From contig NC_043002.1 of assembly GCF_006345805.1 (NCBI RefSeq), forward strand, positions 57,598,001 through 57,662,000: 64,000 nucleotides of DNA. The letters are read 5' to 3'. This document shows positions 41,825 to 52,958 of this stretch, piece by piece. A model generated the notes under the pieces. That model worked only from the letters and a program-made list of their open reading frames with translations. It searched no databases and was not told the origin of the DNA. A program made the translations under genes and the position numbers. Positions within the stretch are counted from its first letter, which is position 1; every line of letters begins with the position of its first letter. The stretch is from Octopus sinensis. Lineage: Eukaryota.

Positions 41825-42435
41825 AAAAATGTATTATTACCGTTATTAATGATATAAATAAGGTAATAATAAGTTGCCTAGCAAGTTCACACCGTCACAA
41901 GCAAAATATAAGCTAAATTGTGATACAGTAGGGCATATAGTATCACACGAGCAATGCAATGAACATCTGAGGAATAGGCTTACCTTTGCGTTGAATACAT
42001 CAGTAAGTAATTTATATTTCAATAACAATTTGTTTCACCCTCTTTTAAACGGAGTGGGACGTTTAAAGTAAGGAACGCACACGAGCTAATGTAGTGAATA
42101 TTTTAGAAATACATGTTAAAATGTTATATTCAATTGAAGATCCCAAAGTATATTGGTCATACAGAGGGTGAAACAAATTGGTATTGAAATTATACATTAC
42201 TTACTAGTGTATTCAAAGCAAAGGTAAGCCTATTTCTCATATGTTCATTGGATTGCTCGTGTGTATCTTTATTGAGAGTATCTGGTAGTTTTGGAGCTTT
42301 AGCTCTGATTTAAGCAAGTGGTATTATATACCCTACTGTATCTAAATTTAGCTTCTATTATGCCTGTAACGGTGTGAACTTGCTAACCACCTTATTATTT
42401 ACTCATTAATATCATTAATAGCTGTAATAATACAT
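41825..42435. repeat. Long imperfect inverted repeat, probably a PLE inversion junction
   Basis: Arms at about 41827-42052 and 42162-42435. A degenerate hammerhead (UUCAA-UUGAAGA..GGGU-GAAAC..GUA-UUGAA) lies at about 42128-42190. Confidence 0.65.
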
Positions 42436-42438
42436 CTT

Positions 42439-42489
<51 letters not shown>

Positions 42490-42498
<9 letters not shown>

Positions 42499-43030
42499 GC
42501 TACACGCATAATAGAAGATAAACCTAGCCTGAATAAGAAACTGGAATGGAACACTAGTACACACACCCAACACACCACAACATATGACAGAATAAGATCT
42601 CCATAAAGTGATAACAATATAAACAAAACAAAGAAACATAATAAAATACACAGATAAACAAATGGAATTAAATAACTATATACATTAACAAAATTTTAAA
42701 AAAAATTTGATTGAATACAAAAAAAATAAGTAGGTATAAACACATGAACAGAATAAACAAAAAAAATTATACGAACGTGTATAAACAGGAGATACAAATA
42801 TTACAGGCTCTCTCCCCCCACACACACACTAACTAAACATAGACACACATAGGGGTGTACGCATGCGCAAATAATGACACATACAATAAGAATACAAAAT
42901 ACAAAATGGCTGATCGTTAGTAAGGAGAGACACTCAAATAAGAAAGAAGAAAGTAAAGGACCACTGTGAGGTCACAGAAGTGTGACGAAAGAACTCTCGC
43001 CGGATTAAGATTAAGATTAATGTAAAAAAT
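42490..43030 (+). mobile_element. PLE 3' tail remnant
   Basis: Starts at (TA)n with YTEATRIIEDKPSLNKKLEW (GIY-YIG EA..I...P.LN end), then an A-rich UTR and a decayed hammerhead with stem II GUCACA/UGUGAC at about 42960-43000. Confidence 0.6.
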
Positions 43031-43112
43031 AAATAAAGTTGAAGCAAATTAACACCAAATATATAGTGCGTGTGTTTTTATTGGCTAAACTGGCAACATG
43101 ACCATTAATAAT

Positions 43113-43180
<68 letters not shown>

Positions 43181-43182
<2 letters not shown>

Positions 43183-43386
43183 AAGTGATGCTTTGTTGCC
43201 AACTTAATATTGAAGTCTCAGTAAAGGGAAGAATGCTACTGCTCTTTAGCCCCAGGAAACACCGTTTCCAATTGGCTATGTGACACTCAAACAAGGGAGA
43301 TAAGCACCTCCACCCAGAAAAATGGCAGTAGCATTCTTCCCTTTTATGGGACTGTCATATTAAGTTGGCAACAGACCACCACTTTA
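43181..43386. repeat. MITE-like foldback with arms of about 60 bp
   Basis: TAAAGTG..GTTGCCAACTTAATAT..AAGGGAAGAATGCTACTGC versus its reverse complement at 43325-43386. Confidence 0.75.
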
Positions 43387-43442
43387 TCGCGCCGCTACTG
43401 TATAAATCTCTCTGAAAAATTTAGAAATGTAATATTTCTAAA

Positions 43443-43546
<104 letters not shown>

Positions 43547-43803
43547 CATATATGTATGTATGTGTGTGTGAGTCTGTATACATAAGTGTTTTATGTCGAG
43601 AAAATAAGAAAGGAGTGCTCAATACATGCTATAGGGGATATATATATATTTTTTTTATTGAAACTAAAATTGAAAGTTTGTTTTGCGATTCAGTTTTAAC
43701 ACAACAGCAATGTTCTGGCGAATTCATTCAACTTATAACAGCAGTTGAACTTAATTCAATTAAAAATATCATTTCTATTTATACATTCACAACATTGCGG
43801 AAT

Positions 43804-43809
43804 TTTATT
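43804..43809 (-). promoter_or_regulatory. Candidate polyadenylation signal of the protease gene
   Basis: AATAAA on the minus strand about 90 nt downstream of the TAA stop. Confidence 0.5.
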
Positions 43810-43900
43810 TGATATAGATATCACACATTAGTACCAAGTCTTGTGCTTCAAATATCACGTTTTGTACTCAAAGGTGAAGTCAGCCATGTTGTCTTCTCTC

Positions 43901-44095
43901 TTATTTCCATGTTACTGTGCAGTTGTTTGATGAAGTTTTGCTTTGTATTTTCTCGTGTATCCAGTCGAGGAAGTAGTTTACGGAAGTATAATAACTAGTT
44001 CCTTTCGAACACTTTTTGTCACCAAACGATGTGATACCCAGTAAAACTAGTTCGTTCTTCTGGTTCCTGCAATAAAGTGGGCCACCAGAATCTCC
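43901..44095 (-). CDS. S1A serine protease, last coding exon carrying catalytic Ser195
   Basis: Acceptor ttcgctttcctttctccAG, phase 0; 195 nt. Translates GDSGGPLYCRNQKNELVLLGITSFGDKKCSKGTSYYTSVNYFLDWIHEKIQSKTSSNNCTVTWK*. Confidence 0.94.
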   Translation of the reverse strand, partial: GDSGGPLYCRNQKNELVLLGITSFGDKKCSKGTSYYTSVNYFLDWIHEKIQSKTSSNNCTVTWK

Positions 44096-44449
44096 CTGGA
44101 GAAAGGAAAGCGAAAAATGAAATTATTTTTAAATGATAATAAGGATCTCTTTTATTGGCCACAAGGGCTGAAGAGTGCAGAGAATAATGTACACAAAGTG
44201 AAGAGTGAGTGAATTGCTTTAAAACAAGTGGGGGATGGATATCAGGTGTAGTGTTGGCGAACTTCCGGAAGCATGGAAGTTTTGAAGGATATAATGTCCC
44301 AACAGCTCAATAAATCATTGTCCCTTTGAACACTACCAGTACATTTTTACTAAAGAATGTTCTACTGAGACGAAAAGTCCTGTGCTACTAGACATAAAGC
44401 TCGAACACACGAGAGATGTGCTCTTCTTTCGAAATTGGAAACGATTCAT

Positions 44450-45115
44450 TTTTGTTGGACATGCGAATGCTCCAGTTCAGCTTCCTACCGACAATCTCGA
44501 TCCATCTCTGCTCTCAGATAGATGTCGTTCACTGTGACTGCATCATCATAGTGTGTATTGATAGAAGCTCTCTCTGACCTCCCCACTATCAGTTCTAGTA
44601 CAGTATATGTCTTGGGTCTTCCCTCACATTCTTCCACCTATACATCAATGCCTCATTAGCCGTCATCTTCAACGACACACGACTATGCAGATAGTATCCG
44701 ACTTCTCCCCTTTCTGGCCTTCAGCACCGAAATGTCCACACAAGCGGCCTCGAGATTTCGCACCAAATCTGCACAGACTTAGTTAACAGAGACTTTGAAA
44801 ATATTCATGAATGGGGACGCCTCAACCTTGTTTCTTTCAACAGCAAAAAATTTACAATAATTTCACTTTTCAAGAAAAACATTGTAATACATTTGACCGA
44901 TTAAACGTGGACTTCAGGCAACTAGAAACCTCACAATCGTTTTGTAGGATTACTTCTCCTATCAGTAAAGATATCTCCCGACTAACACACTTCTTCAATA
45001 CTGAAAAGCTTTCCTCTCATAACTAAAATATACTTTTGTCCTAAACAACAGCTAAATATCTACAAAGCGAAGGTCAACCCTATGAAGGAGTACTACTCTA
45101 TTCTGGGTTTTGCGA
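44450..45115 (+). mobile_element. Highly decayed CR1/Jockey-like RT fragment
   Basis: Remnants resembling LFxLYIN, DYAD(D) and IYKAxVxPxxEY; no continuous ORF. Confidence 0.5.
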
Positions 45116-45585
45116 GTGTGAAATATCATATGAAATAATAATGATGATGATGATTATGATGATAATAATTGTAGTAACAGTAATAATATTAATAATAAGG
45201 CATCAATTTCAGTTATAGGGCTAATTTTAATGCGAGTGTTGTGATTTTACGTGTCGTCGAAAGTGGTGTTCTTGGAATAGAAGCAAAAGTGAAAACGCTT
45301 CTGAGTATCAGAAATTTCAGCAAAGGGAAAATTTACTTTTGTAACATATATTTATGCCTCATGTGGGGAGGGAAGTGGATTCACCCCTACATCTGGCACG
45401 GTTTTATTGCTATGAATACAGCCAAAGAAATCTCACTCCGCTGATTGTCATAAATTCAGTCATCTGTCCCCTCTTTTTGCTTTAGCGATCACTACTACCA
45501 TGACCCCTGAAAGCAGAGTAGTAGTGGGCGATAAGGCAGAAAGGTAGATAGGTAATGGGAAAGAAAGAGAGATAGAGAAAGTAAA

Positions 45586-45635
<50 letters not shown>

Positions 45636-45792
45636 AACATAAGGAAGGCGGGATGGATGCATATACGTGGCTTGGTGGCAGGAAAAGAGTAAAGGAATTT
45701 TACATAGGTAGATATAGTGACAGAGAAAGAATAATAGAGACAAAGAATGAAGAGGAGTGTGAGTAAATGACAGAGTAGTTATAGTAGGAATA

Positions 45793-46235
45793 GGCGGTGG
45801 CATGACTATGTGGTAAGAAGCTTGCTTCCCAATCACATGCTTCCGGGTTCGGTCCTACTTCATGGTACCTTGGGCAAGTGTCTTCTCCTGTAGCCTCAGG
45901 ATGACCGAAACGTTGTAAGTGGATTTGGTAGACGAAAACAGAAAGAACCCCTTTGTATATTCAAATATGCATGTGTGTGTGGGTATTTTAAATGTGTGTG
46001 TACGTGCATGTGTGTATGTGTGCGCGCGCTTGTCTGCCAGTACCGTTTGGTAACAGGTGTCGGCTTGCTTACTAGTGTAACTTAGTGGTTCGGTAAAAAT
46101 TGACCGATATAAAAAGCACCAAGCTTAAAAGAAATAATAAGCACTGAGGTTGATTCATTCGACTAAGAAATTCTTCAAGGCAGTGCCCCAGCATGGCCAC
46201 TACCTAATGACTAAAACAAACAAAAGATAAAAGGT
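45793..46235 (+). mobile_element. SINE family A copy (intronic)
   Basis: Same head-core-(TG)n-tail layout as 12451-12831. Confidence 0.75.
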
Positions 46236-46751
46236 AGGAGAACCTAGGTGCTCTAATGCCAACTCGAACCTTGTGCTCTCGTTTCGCATGACTTTACTCC
46301 TTTCGTCACCAGTATTGTGTCCTCTTCAGTCCTAGGGCTAACCACACAACCTGATATTCTCCAAAACCCCGGCCCTCTGAAATTTCTTTTTATGCATCTT
46401 TATTCTTCAACCATCGGCTCGCCATTTATTAGAAGGAAAACGATAATGGCACCGACCTCATCTTTAGGGGAAAAGGCGGCAGACGGAATGGGCACACTCA
46501 AAAGAGCAAAATTTAAAAGCAAAAGAAAAAAAGTCCAAAACTATTCGCTATCAAAAAATAATGTTGGTTGATTGAGTTTTTCGGTCACGTTTTATATCGT
46601 GTACAGGGAGGAGGAGAGGCAGTGAAAGATGCAGAAAGAGTTAACATAGGAGTAGCAAAATGAAAAGGAGGGGAATCTCTGATATAGTAATTATTGGTGT
46701 TATACAAATGGGAAATTAATTTTATTTAATTATATTTTGAAGGTTATAAAT

Positions 46752-46823
46752 ATGTTTTCGATCTAGTTTGGATTATTTGCCATCAAACTTGATTGCAATG
46801 AATCCAAACTAGACCGAAAACAT
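46752..46823. repeat. 72-nt near-perfect hairpin
   Basis: ATGTTTTCGATCTAGTTTGGATT pairs with AATCCAAACTAGACCGAAAACAT (22/23), with further TTGC/GCAA and ATCAA/TTGAT pairing inside. Confidence 0.85.
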
Positions 46824-47013
46824 CTATAAATATGTTAGGATCCATTTTAACAGTTTGTATGAGAACTAGAAATTTGCATTGTGGGTAGAAGGCTTTCCCT
46901 CGGGGAAACATACTATGCGGGGCAGTAAAATCTAAGGCTGCAAAGGAAAAAGGAAGCTAGAAGCTGATAAAACAGGGATCTAATTGGAGAGAAGTAAAAA
47001 AGACAGTGTAGAG

Positions 47014-47180
47014 GAACGACTTTCAATCGCCGCTCTTAGGGCCGCATGCGGCACTCAAGAATCCTTCTGGTGGCCCGCGACCACTTTCCCTTTGTGATAA
47101 ATTTTTCTTTAATTGACTTGTTTTTCTTCTTTTGGTGTAGCCCCCTAAAAATATATACGTTTTGAATTTGAAAACCATTG
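47014..47180. mobile_element. Decayed hAT MITE
   Basis: Right TIR TTGAAAACCATTG, left TIR 9/13 match, TSD GTGTAGAG / GTCTAGGG (6/8), internal GGGCCGCATGCGG motif. Confidence 0.55.
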
Positions 47181-47440
47181 GTCTAGGGTGCAGAAACGTC
47201 ATCAATGATTAGTGCACTATAGGGAACTAAGGACTTGAGGAAGTAGGTAAGTAGTCAAATTTTGTTTGACTCTAAATTCTTACCAACTCTACTTGTATTT
47301 CAGGTATTCCTGCTTTCACGACGTGCCATCACAATATTTGCATTAAAAGAACTCCCATAATCTATACTGATTCGCCATTTGCAATAATTTCATTATATTC
47401 TCTACCTGACACATCCAGAACTTTTCACCATAATACTCAC

Positions 47441-47595
47441 ATTACAGGTGCTCCCTCTCCCTCCTTTTCTCATTGTTCCAGTGCAGAGGTGATGTGGTTT
47501 CACAAGTCGACCTACTTTTTTTCTCTCCTCTAAACAGTCACTGTTATTAAGTAGAAGCAACGTGACGTATTGGAGTGCGTTTTCAAGGGGTTCAT
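47441..47595 (-). CDS. S1A serine protease, internal exon (C168-C182 loop to C191)
   Basis: Acceptor ttttcttttgtttcAG and donor GTgagt; 155 nt, phase 1 to phase 0. Translates (H)EPLENALQYVTLLLLNNSDCLEERKKVGRLVKPHHLCTGTMRKGGRGSTCN. Phases join both neighbouring exons in frame. Confidence 0.9.
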
Positions 47596-48021
47596 CTGAA
47601 ACAAAAGAAAAATGAAATCAAAGTTTGGATATAAAAACAATGAAGCGCGTCTAATGTACATATCTTTGTTTTCTTATAATTTATATATGATATATAGTAT
47701 ATATTAAGGCGGCGCGCTGGCAGAATCGTTAACACGCCTGGAAAAATGCTTAGTGGCACTTCATCCGTTGTAAGTTCAAAATGTGTCGAGGTCGACATTG
47801 CTCTTCATCCTTTCAACAAGTACCATTTGAGTACTTGGGTCGAGGTAGTCGACAAGCCCCATCCTCGAAATTGCTGGCCTTGTGCCAAGATTTGAAACCA
47901 ATATATGCTGTGTATTATAACAAAATATAAGATTTCATCACAACTTTGTACCTTCTCAGAACCATATACATATATACATACATACACACATACATGCATA
48001 TAAACATACATACATACATAT

Positions 48022-48094
<73 letters not shown>

Positions 48095-48111
48095 CATACA
48101 TATATATATAT

Positions 48112-48159
<48 letters not shown>

Positions 48160-48161
<2 letters not shown>

Positions 48162-48700
48162 AGAGTTCACAAAAAAGCAACATTAGACGAAGACAGGTGG
48201 TGTACAAAACAAACAGATGTATTAGTATAACGCTCAGGAATTGAAAAAGTCTTTTACGTTTCGAGTCTACGCTCTTCTACAGAAAGGCGCACAGAAAACA
48301 ACAAGGAGAGAAGAAAAAAATGTGTGTAGTGGCTACCGATCTACCATGCCGACTGCCGGACAGAAGGGTCACACAGGAAAGTCATTTTTTGGAAGGGCGG
48401 CAGAGAGGAGAAAAAGATGGAAAAAGCAGGAGGGAGAAGGCGGTCGATGATATGCATTTTATAGAGATTGAAACGAATGGTGGCACGCATAAGGCGGTAG
48501 GATGTGGTACGGAGTATGGGTAGGTTGGATGAAGGAGAGTTGGGTGGAAATGGAAGCGGAAACCTATAGGGATGAGGCGGTGATATATATATATATAAGA
48601 CGGGTGTCTAAACAACAAACAGATGTATTAGTTTAACGCTCAGAAAGTGAGAAAGTCTTTTACGTTTCGAGCCTAAGCTCTTCAACAGAAAGGAACACAA
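48160..48700 (-). mobile_element. Two tandem hammerhead-bearing repeat units (PLE terminal repeats or retrozyme-like)
   Basis: Direct repeats of about 100 bp (48185-48290 and 48596-48696). Each contains CUUU-CUGU(A/U)GA-A-GAG(C)..CUC-GAAAC-GUA^AAAG, at 48251-48286 and 48657-48692. Confidence 0.75.
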
Positions 48701-48702
48701 AA

Positions 48703-49870
48703 TCTATCTGGTGAACAGGTGTGGTCGCCGTTTGTGAGGCACGCATTCCCGCAACTCGTCTCCATGACCGAACTACAGTCGTGGATCAAAAAGAGGCCGA
48801 GGAAGGGCGAATGGCACCGCGAGTGTCGCGTTGCTCTCAAGCAACTCTGCCGTCCCGGGTCGACCTTGAGTGACTTCAACACAACCAAAGCATTCTATAG
48901 GGGATTAGTGGAGGGGAGATACGACGACGAGCTCGGGGCAAACCTGGGCGTCGACGAGGAATACCTGACCCGCCTGTTTCAAACGACTTTCGGCCCGGGA
49001 CCTATGGACAACTTCCAGAGATCCCTGGCCTGGCGGTGCTACCGAGAAGCGCTACCCGTTCGGGATAAGCTCTATAGGCATGGCTCGAGAAACACGGGGC
49101 CGACCTGCCCGAAATGCGGGCAGAGCGACGAAACCGCTCTGCACGCAATCGTGCAGTGTCCAGCAATTTCCCACCTGTGGGCTTATGTCGAGCGACTGCT
49201 GTCACGTGTGGGACGTGTCGGTTTATCAGCCGAGTCTATCGTTAATATCGTCACGCCTCCTTCTTTCAAACGGGAAGGAAGAGCTATTTTTATCATACTT
49301 GTGGCTATGGCGAAAGAATGTATCTGGTGGACGCGCCTGAAAGGATTAGAGACAAACACTTTCCTCTCTGGTCAATCTCTCATCAACTTCTTCAAGTATC
49401 ACTTGAAGAGGAAAGTGAGAGTAGAGAGGCAAGTTTTGTCTAGTGAATGTTTTAAAAAAAGATGGGTGAATGTAGCAAGGATGGCACGTATGAATGACGA
49501 AGCCACCTTGACTATGATTCTATGAACCATAAAAATTAATACAGAGAGTTGTTTATTTGCAAAAAAAAAAGAAATATAACATGTGACTTCATTGACCGAG
49601 GTTACCGTGGTCTTTTCCGTAGGCTTTTCTTTCCACGGGTAAACCTCACCTGTCCTCCCCTTTACACTTCATATTGACATTTCTGTGATAACGATCCCTA
49701 TTATTCATTTTTTCTCCCCCCCTTTTTTTAACCCCTCCCCTTTTTTTGTCCTTTTTCTTTCCTTTTACGATCCCTTTTGATCGAAAACCACCACTCTCCT
49801 TTTTTTTTTTTTACCCCCAAAAGAAAAGCTCTACCTCTGTGTGCAGCCCTGTGTGGCTAATAAAGAAACA
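48703..49870 (+). mobile_element. 5'-truncated Tx1/L1-clade LINE
   Basis: ORF 48719-49525 has the zf-RVT-type motif WRCYREALPVRDKL..CPKCGQSDETALHAIVQCP. A pyrimidine-rich 3' UTR ends in AATAAA (49858-49863) followed by (TATC)n. Confidence 0.85.
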
Positions 49871-49954
<84 letters not shown>

Positions 49955-50236
49955 CACCCATCCATCCATCCATCCATCCATCTATCTATCTATCTATCTA
50001 TCCATCTTTCTATCTATAGTACAAATATTGCTCCAAAGGATCGTTTTAACCGATTATGTGTATATATGCTAGTTTTTCCACCTGGATTAACTGCAATGTT
50101 ATAAATGCTTTTGAGTTTAACGATGTATTTCTAATTAAATACTTAATTAGTGTGTATATATTTTTCGCTGTATATACATCCATTCTTTCTGTCTCTCTGC
50201 CTGCCTATATATGTATGAATGTATGTGCGTCTGTAA

Positions 50237-50327
<91 letters not shown>

Positions 50328-50968
50328 TGTGTGTGTGCGTGTGTGCGTGTGTGTGTGCGTGTGTGTGTGCACGTGTTTGTGTGTGGATATATTCACTCTC
50401 GTATTTACAGACTCCCAAAGCAATTTCCATGAATCGAAACAACTCTCAAATAATTATGTTAGCAGAGACCAAAGACTCTTATAACTGCTATTCATAACAT
50501 AATTAAATTTTAATTATCCTCCTCCTGTTTAACTGCAATAATCTCGTTCCAGATTGCTAATACTCTCAAACTTTGTTTATTTAGTTGTTGTTCATGGGAA
50601 ACTCTTCACTGCCTTTTCGTTTTCATCACGTGCACATCACAGATGGATCCTCCAAAAAGACTAGTTTGAATATAAAAGTGTTGATTTTTTTTCTTCATTC
50701 TGTAGGTGTATGTAGTAAAAGAATTACGTGTCCTCTTAAAAACATCGGACTGGACTAAATAATATCCCTGTGGGATGAAGTTAAAAGAAAGGACAGAGAA
50801 CACCACTGGAAAATACGAAAACTAAAAGAAGCAGCACATATGCTAGGACACAACAACCTCCTAAGCAGACAGAGTGCAGATATGAGTAACCTATGGCAAC
50901 CAGTATTAAGGAAGGATAGGAAAATATTAGATTTATATGCTCTAAAAATTCAATCCATAATTGCCCAC

Positions 50969-51040
50969 GAACATATGGCGTAGTGGTTAAGAGCGCAGGC
51001 TACTAACCCAAGATTCCGAGTTCGCCTCCAGGCAGTGGCC
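50969..51040 (+). other. tRNA-derived Pol III promoter-like segment (not a functional tRNA)
   Basis: A box TGGCGTAGTGG at 50976-50986, an anticodon-loop-like ctactaa, and a B-box-like GTTCGCCTCC. The paralogous copy has a consensus GTTCAATTCC at 5810-5819. The acceptor stem is imperfect. Confidence 0.7.
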
Positions 51041-51114
51041 CGAATAATAACAATAATAATAATGACATCGAAAAATACCTTAGGAATGTGAATCCAAGTT
51101 CTAAATTTCACCAA

Positions 51115-51160
51115 GACACCTGATGAAGGCTGGAGGGTACATCAGACGAAACGTTGTGTT
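51115..51160 (+). ncRNA. Minimal type I hammerhead
   Basis: GACAC-CUGAUGA-A-GGCUG(..)CAGAC-GAAA-C-GUU^GUGUU; palindromic stem III (AACGUU), one mismatch in stem II. Confidence 0.78.
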
Positions 51161-52024
51161 AACAACAAACAACATGAAGACAAATATCCATCAAATATAA
51201 ATAATGTACATAATTCCTCATCTCTTCAATATAGAACTACATAATACTGTTGTGGCGAGACTTAACTAAATGTTTTTATCGCATCGTATTTGATTTGTCA
51301 ATCACATTTCTATTTAGATTAATAACACTGTTGAATCTTTGAGTTGTAGTGCACCTAAGCATTATACAACCATTTTCATTCTTATTATTTATGTTTATAT
51401 TTATATTAACAATGAAATAGAAATGAATTTCACGCTGGATTTGAATGAATGCATGAATGAATTTGCTGTGTATGCAGCAACTCTGCTCCTTCAACTTCAT
51501 ATAGAAAATGTCAGCATCGCCTGTTTTCAATAAAGCTCTCAACACTAGCGCCCTCTGTAGACATTTATCATCGGGTGGACAGTTTCAGTTAATTTCTGTT
51601 GTCGCATTTAAACCTGCTGGAGTGTTGTGGTATGTCTATGATCGTGGTTAAAATAGATTTTAACAAGATTTTAAGCTGTCTTAAAGACCATATTTTAATG
51701 ACAGGAAGTTCTTATATTATGTTTGTAGATATACTCAAGCTACAAGAAGAGTTACAGCAGATTCATTTTCTCTTTCCTCGTTAAGTGACGTTTTGTTTGG
51801 TTATTTAATGTACTCAAGTTTTCCATTAAACCCATGTTTTTTTTAAACGTTGTGGTATAACAGGGTGACTTCACTGAATATCTGCATGTGATGAGAAGCT
51901 TGATAGTTGCCTACATATTCATCTAAAATGCTACTTTACGGTTGTAATTGGATCGTTTGTTAATATATATTGCTTTTTCATTCGATTTTCAATGTTAAAA
52001 TTGAAATCAGTGCCTGAGACTTAA

Positions 52025-52400
52025 TTGTTTCAGTCATTTGATTGCGGCCATGCTGGAGAACCGCCTTTAGTCTTGCAAATCGACTCCTGGGCTTTATTCT
52101 TTGTAAGCCTAGTACTTATTCTATCGCTCTCTTTTGCCGAACCACTAAGTTACGGGGACGTCAACACACCACCGTCGGTTGTCAAGCGATGTTGGTAGGG
52201 GGACAAACACAGGCACACAAATATATACACACACATACATAAATATATATACATATATACGACAGGCTTCTTTCAGTTTCCGTCTACCAAATCCACTCAC
52301 AAGGCTTTGGTTGGCCCGAGGCTATAGTGGAAGATACTTGCCCAAGGTGCCACGCTGTGGGAATGAACCCGGAACCATGTGGTTGGTAAGCAAGCTCCTT
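52025..52400 (-). mobile_element. SINE family A copy (intronic)
   Basis: Reverse-complement match to 12451-12831. Confidence 0.8.
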
Positions 52401-52958
52401 ACTACACAGCCACTCCTGAGACGTTTACAATTTCTAAAGATTTGTTATAGTAATTTTAGGTTGGAGGTTTTTGATAATAATTTTTAGTGTGTATCTGAGC
52501 TTGTAATGGCCATTCACCTTGTGAAACATAGCTATTCCGTTACCCTTCATATCTCTATGTTCATTTGATGTAGTATATCTTTAAGTGTATGTAGATTTAA
52601 TAGCAAGACTAATTCTGAAACTTTTAACGCCGTCAACTCAACGCATACACAGATGAAAGTTAACCCTATGTAGGATACGTAGGATTAGCAAAATCTAAAA
52701 TCAATAATCGATATGCATATCATAGTCATCCAGTTATGTTCACGGACAATATTCAATCTACGCACTTGTTACAGCACACATGGAAACTTAGACAGAAGCG
52801 ACAACGGTATAAACATAAAATGGAATATTGCAAAAAAAGCACCGACATTAATTTATGCAACGCAAAATTTTAAATAGAAAAATGAAGAAACTTTCATAAA
52901 GACGCGTTAAGAAAAAAGATTAGTGTTGTTTATTGTAATTTATTCTGCAGTTACTTAC

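Larger units (their letters stand above)
50760..51240 (+). mobile_element. PLE 3' end (Poseidon-like endonuclease tail) followed by a tRNA-like segment and a hammerhead
   Basis: From 50771 it translates WDEVKRKDREHHWKIRKLKEAAHMLGHNNLLSR..LWQPVL, a typical PLE GIY-YIG C-terminus. The downstream repeat matches 5575-6045. Confidence 0.75.

Noticed and set aside
50969-51040. Call as a genuine tRNA-Ser gene
   Set aside because: The acceptor stem is broken, the T loop is altered, there is no long variable arm, and the segment is repeat-associated. SINE heads at 35640-35686 and elsewhere were rejected as tRNAs for the same reasons.
51543-51562. CTCF-like motif (CAGAGGGCGCTAG on the minus strand)
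   Set aside because: Only the 3' half matches the consensus, and a single hit in 64 kb is not significant.
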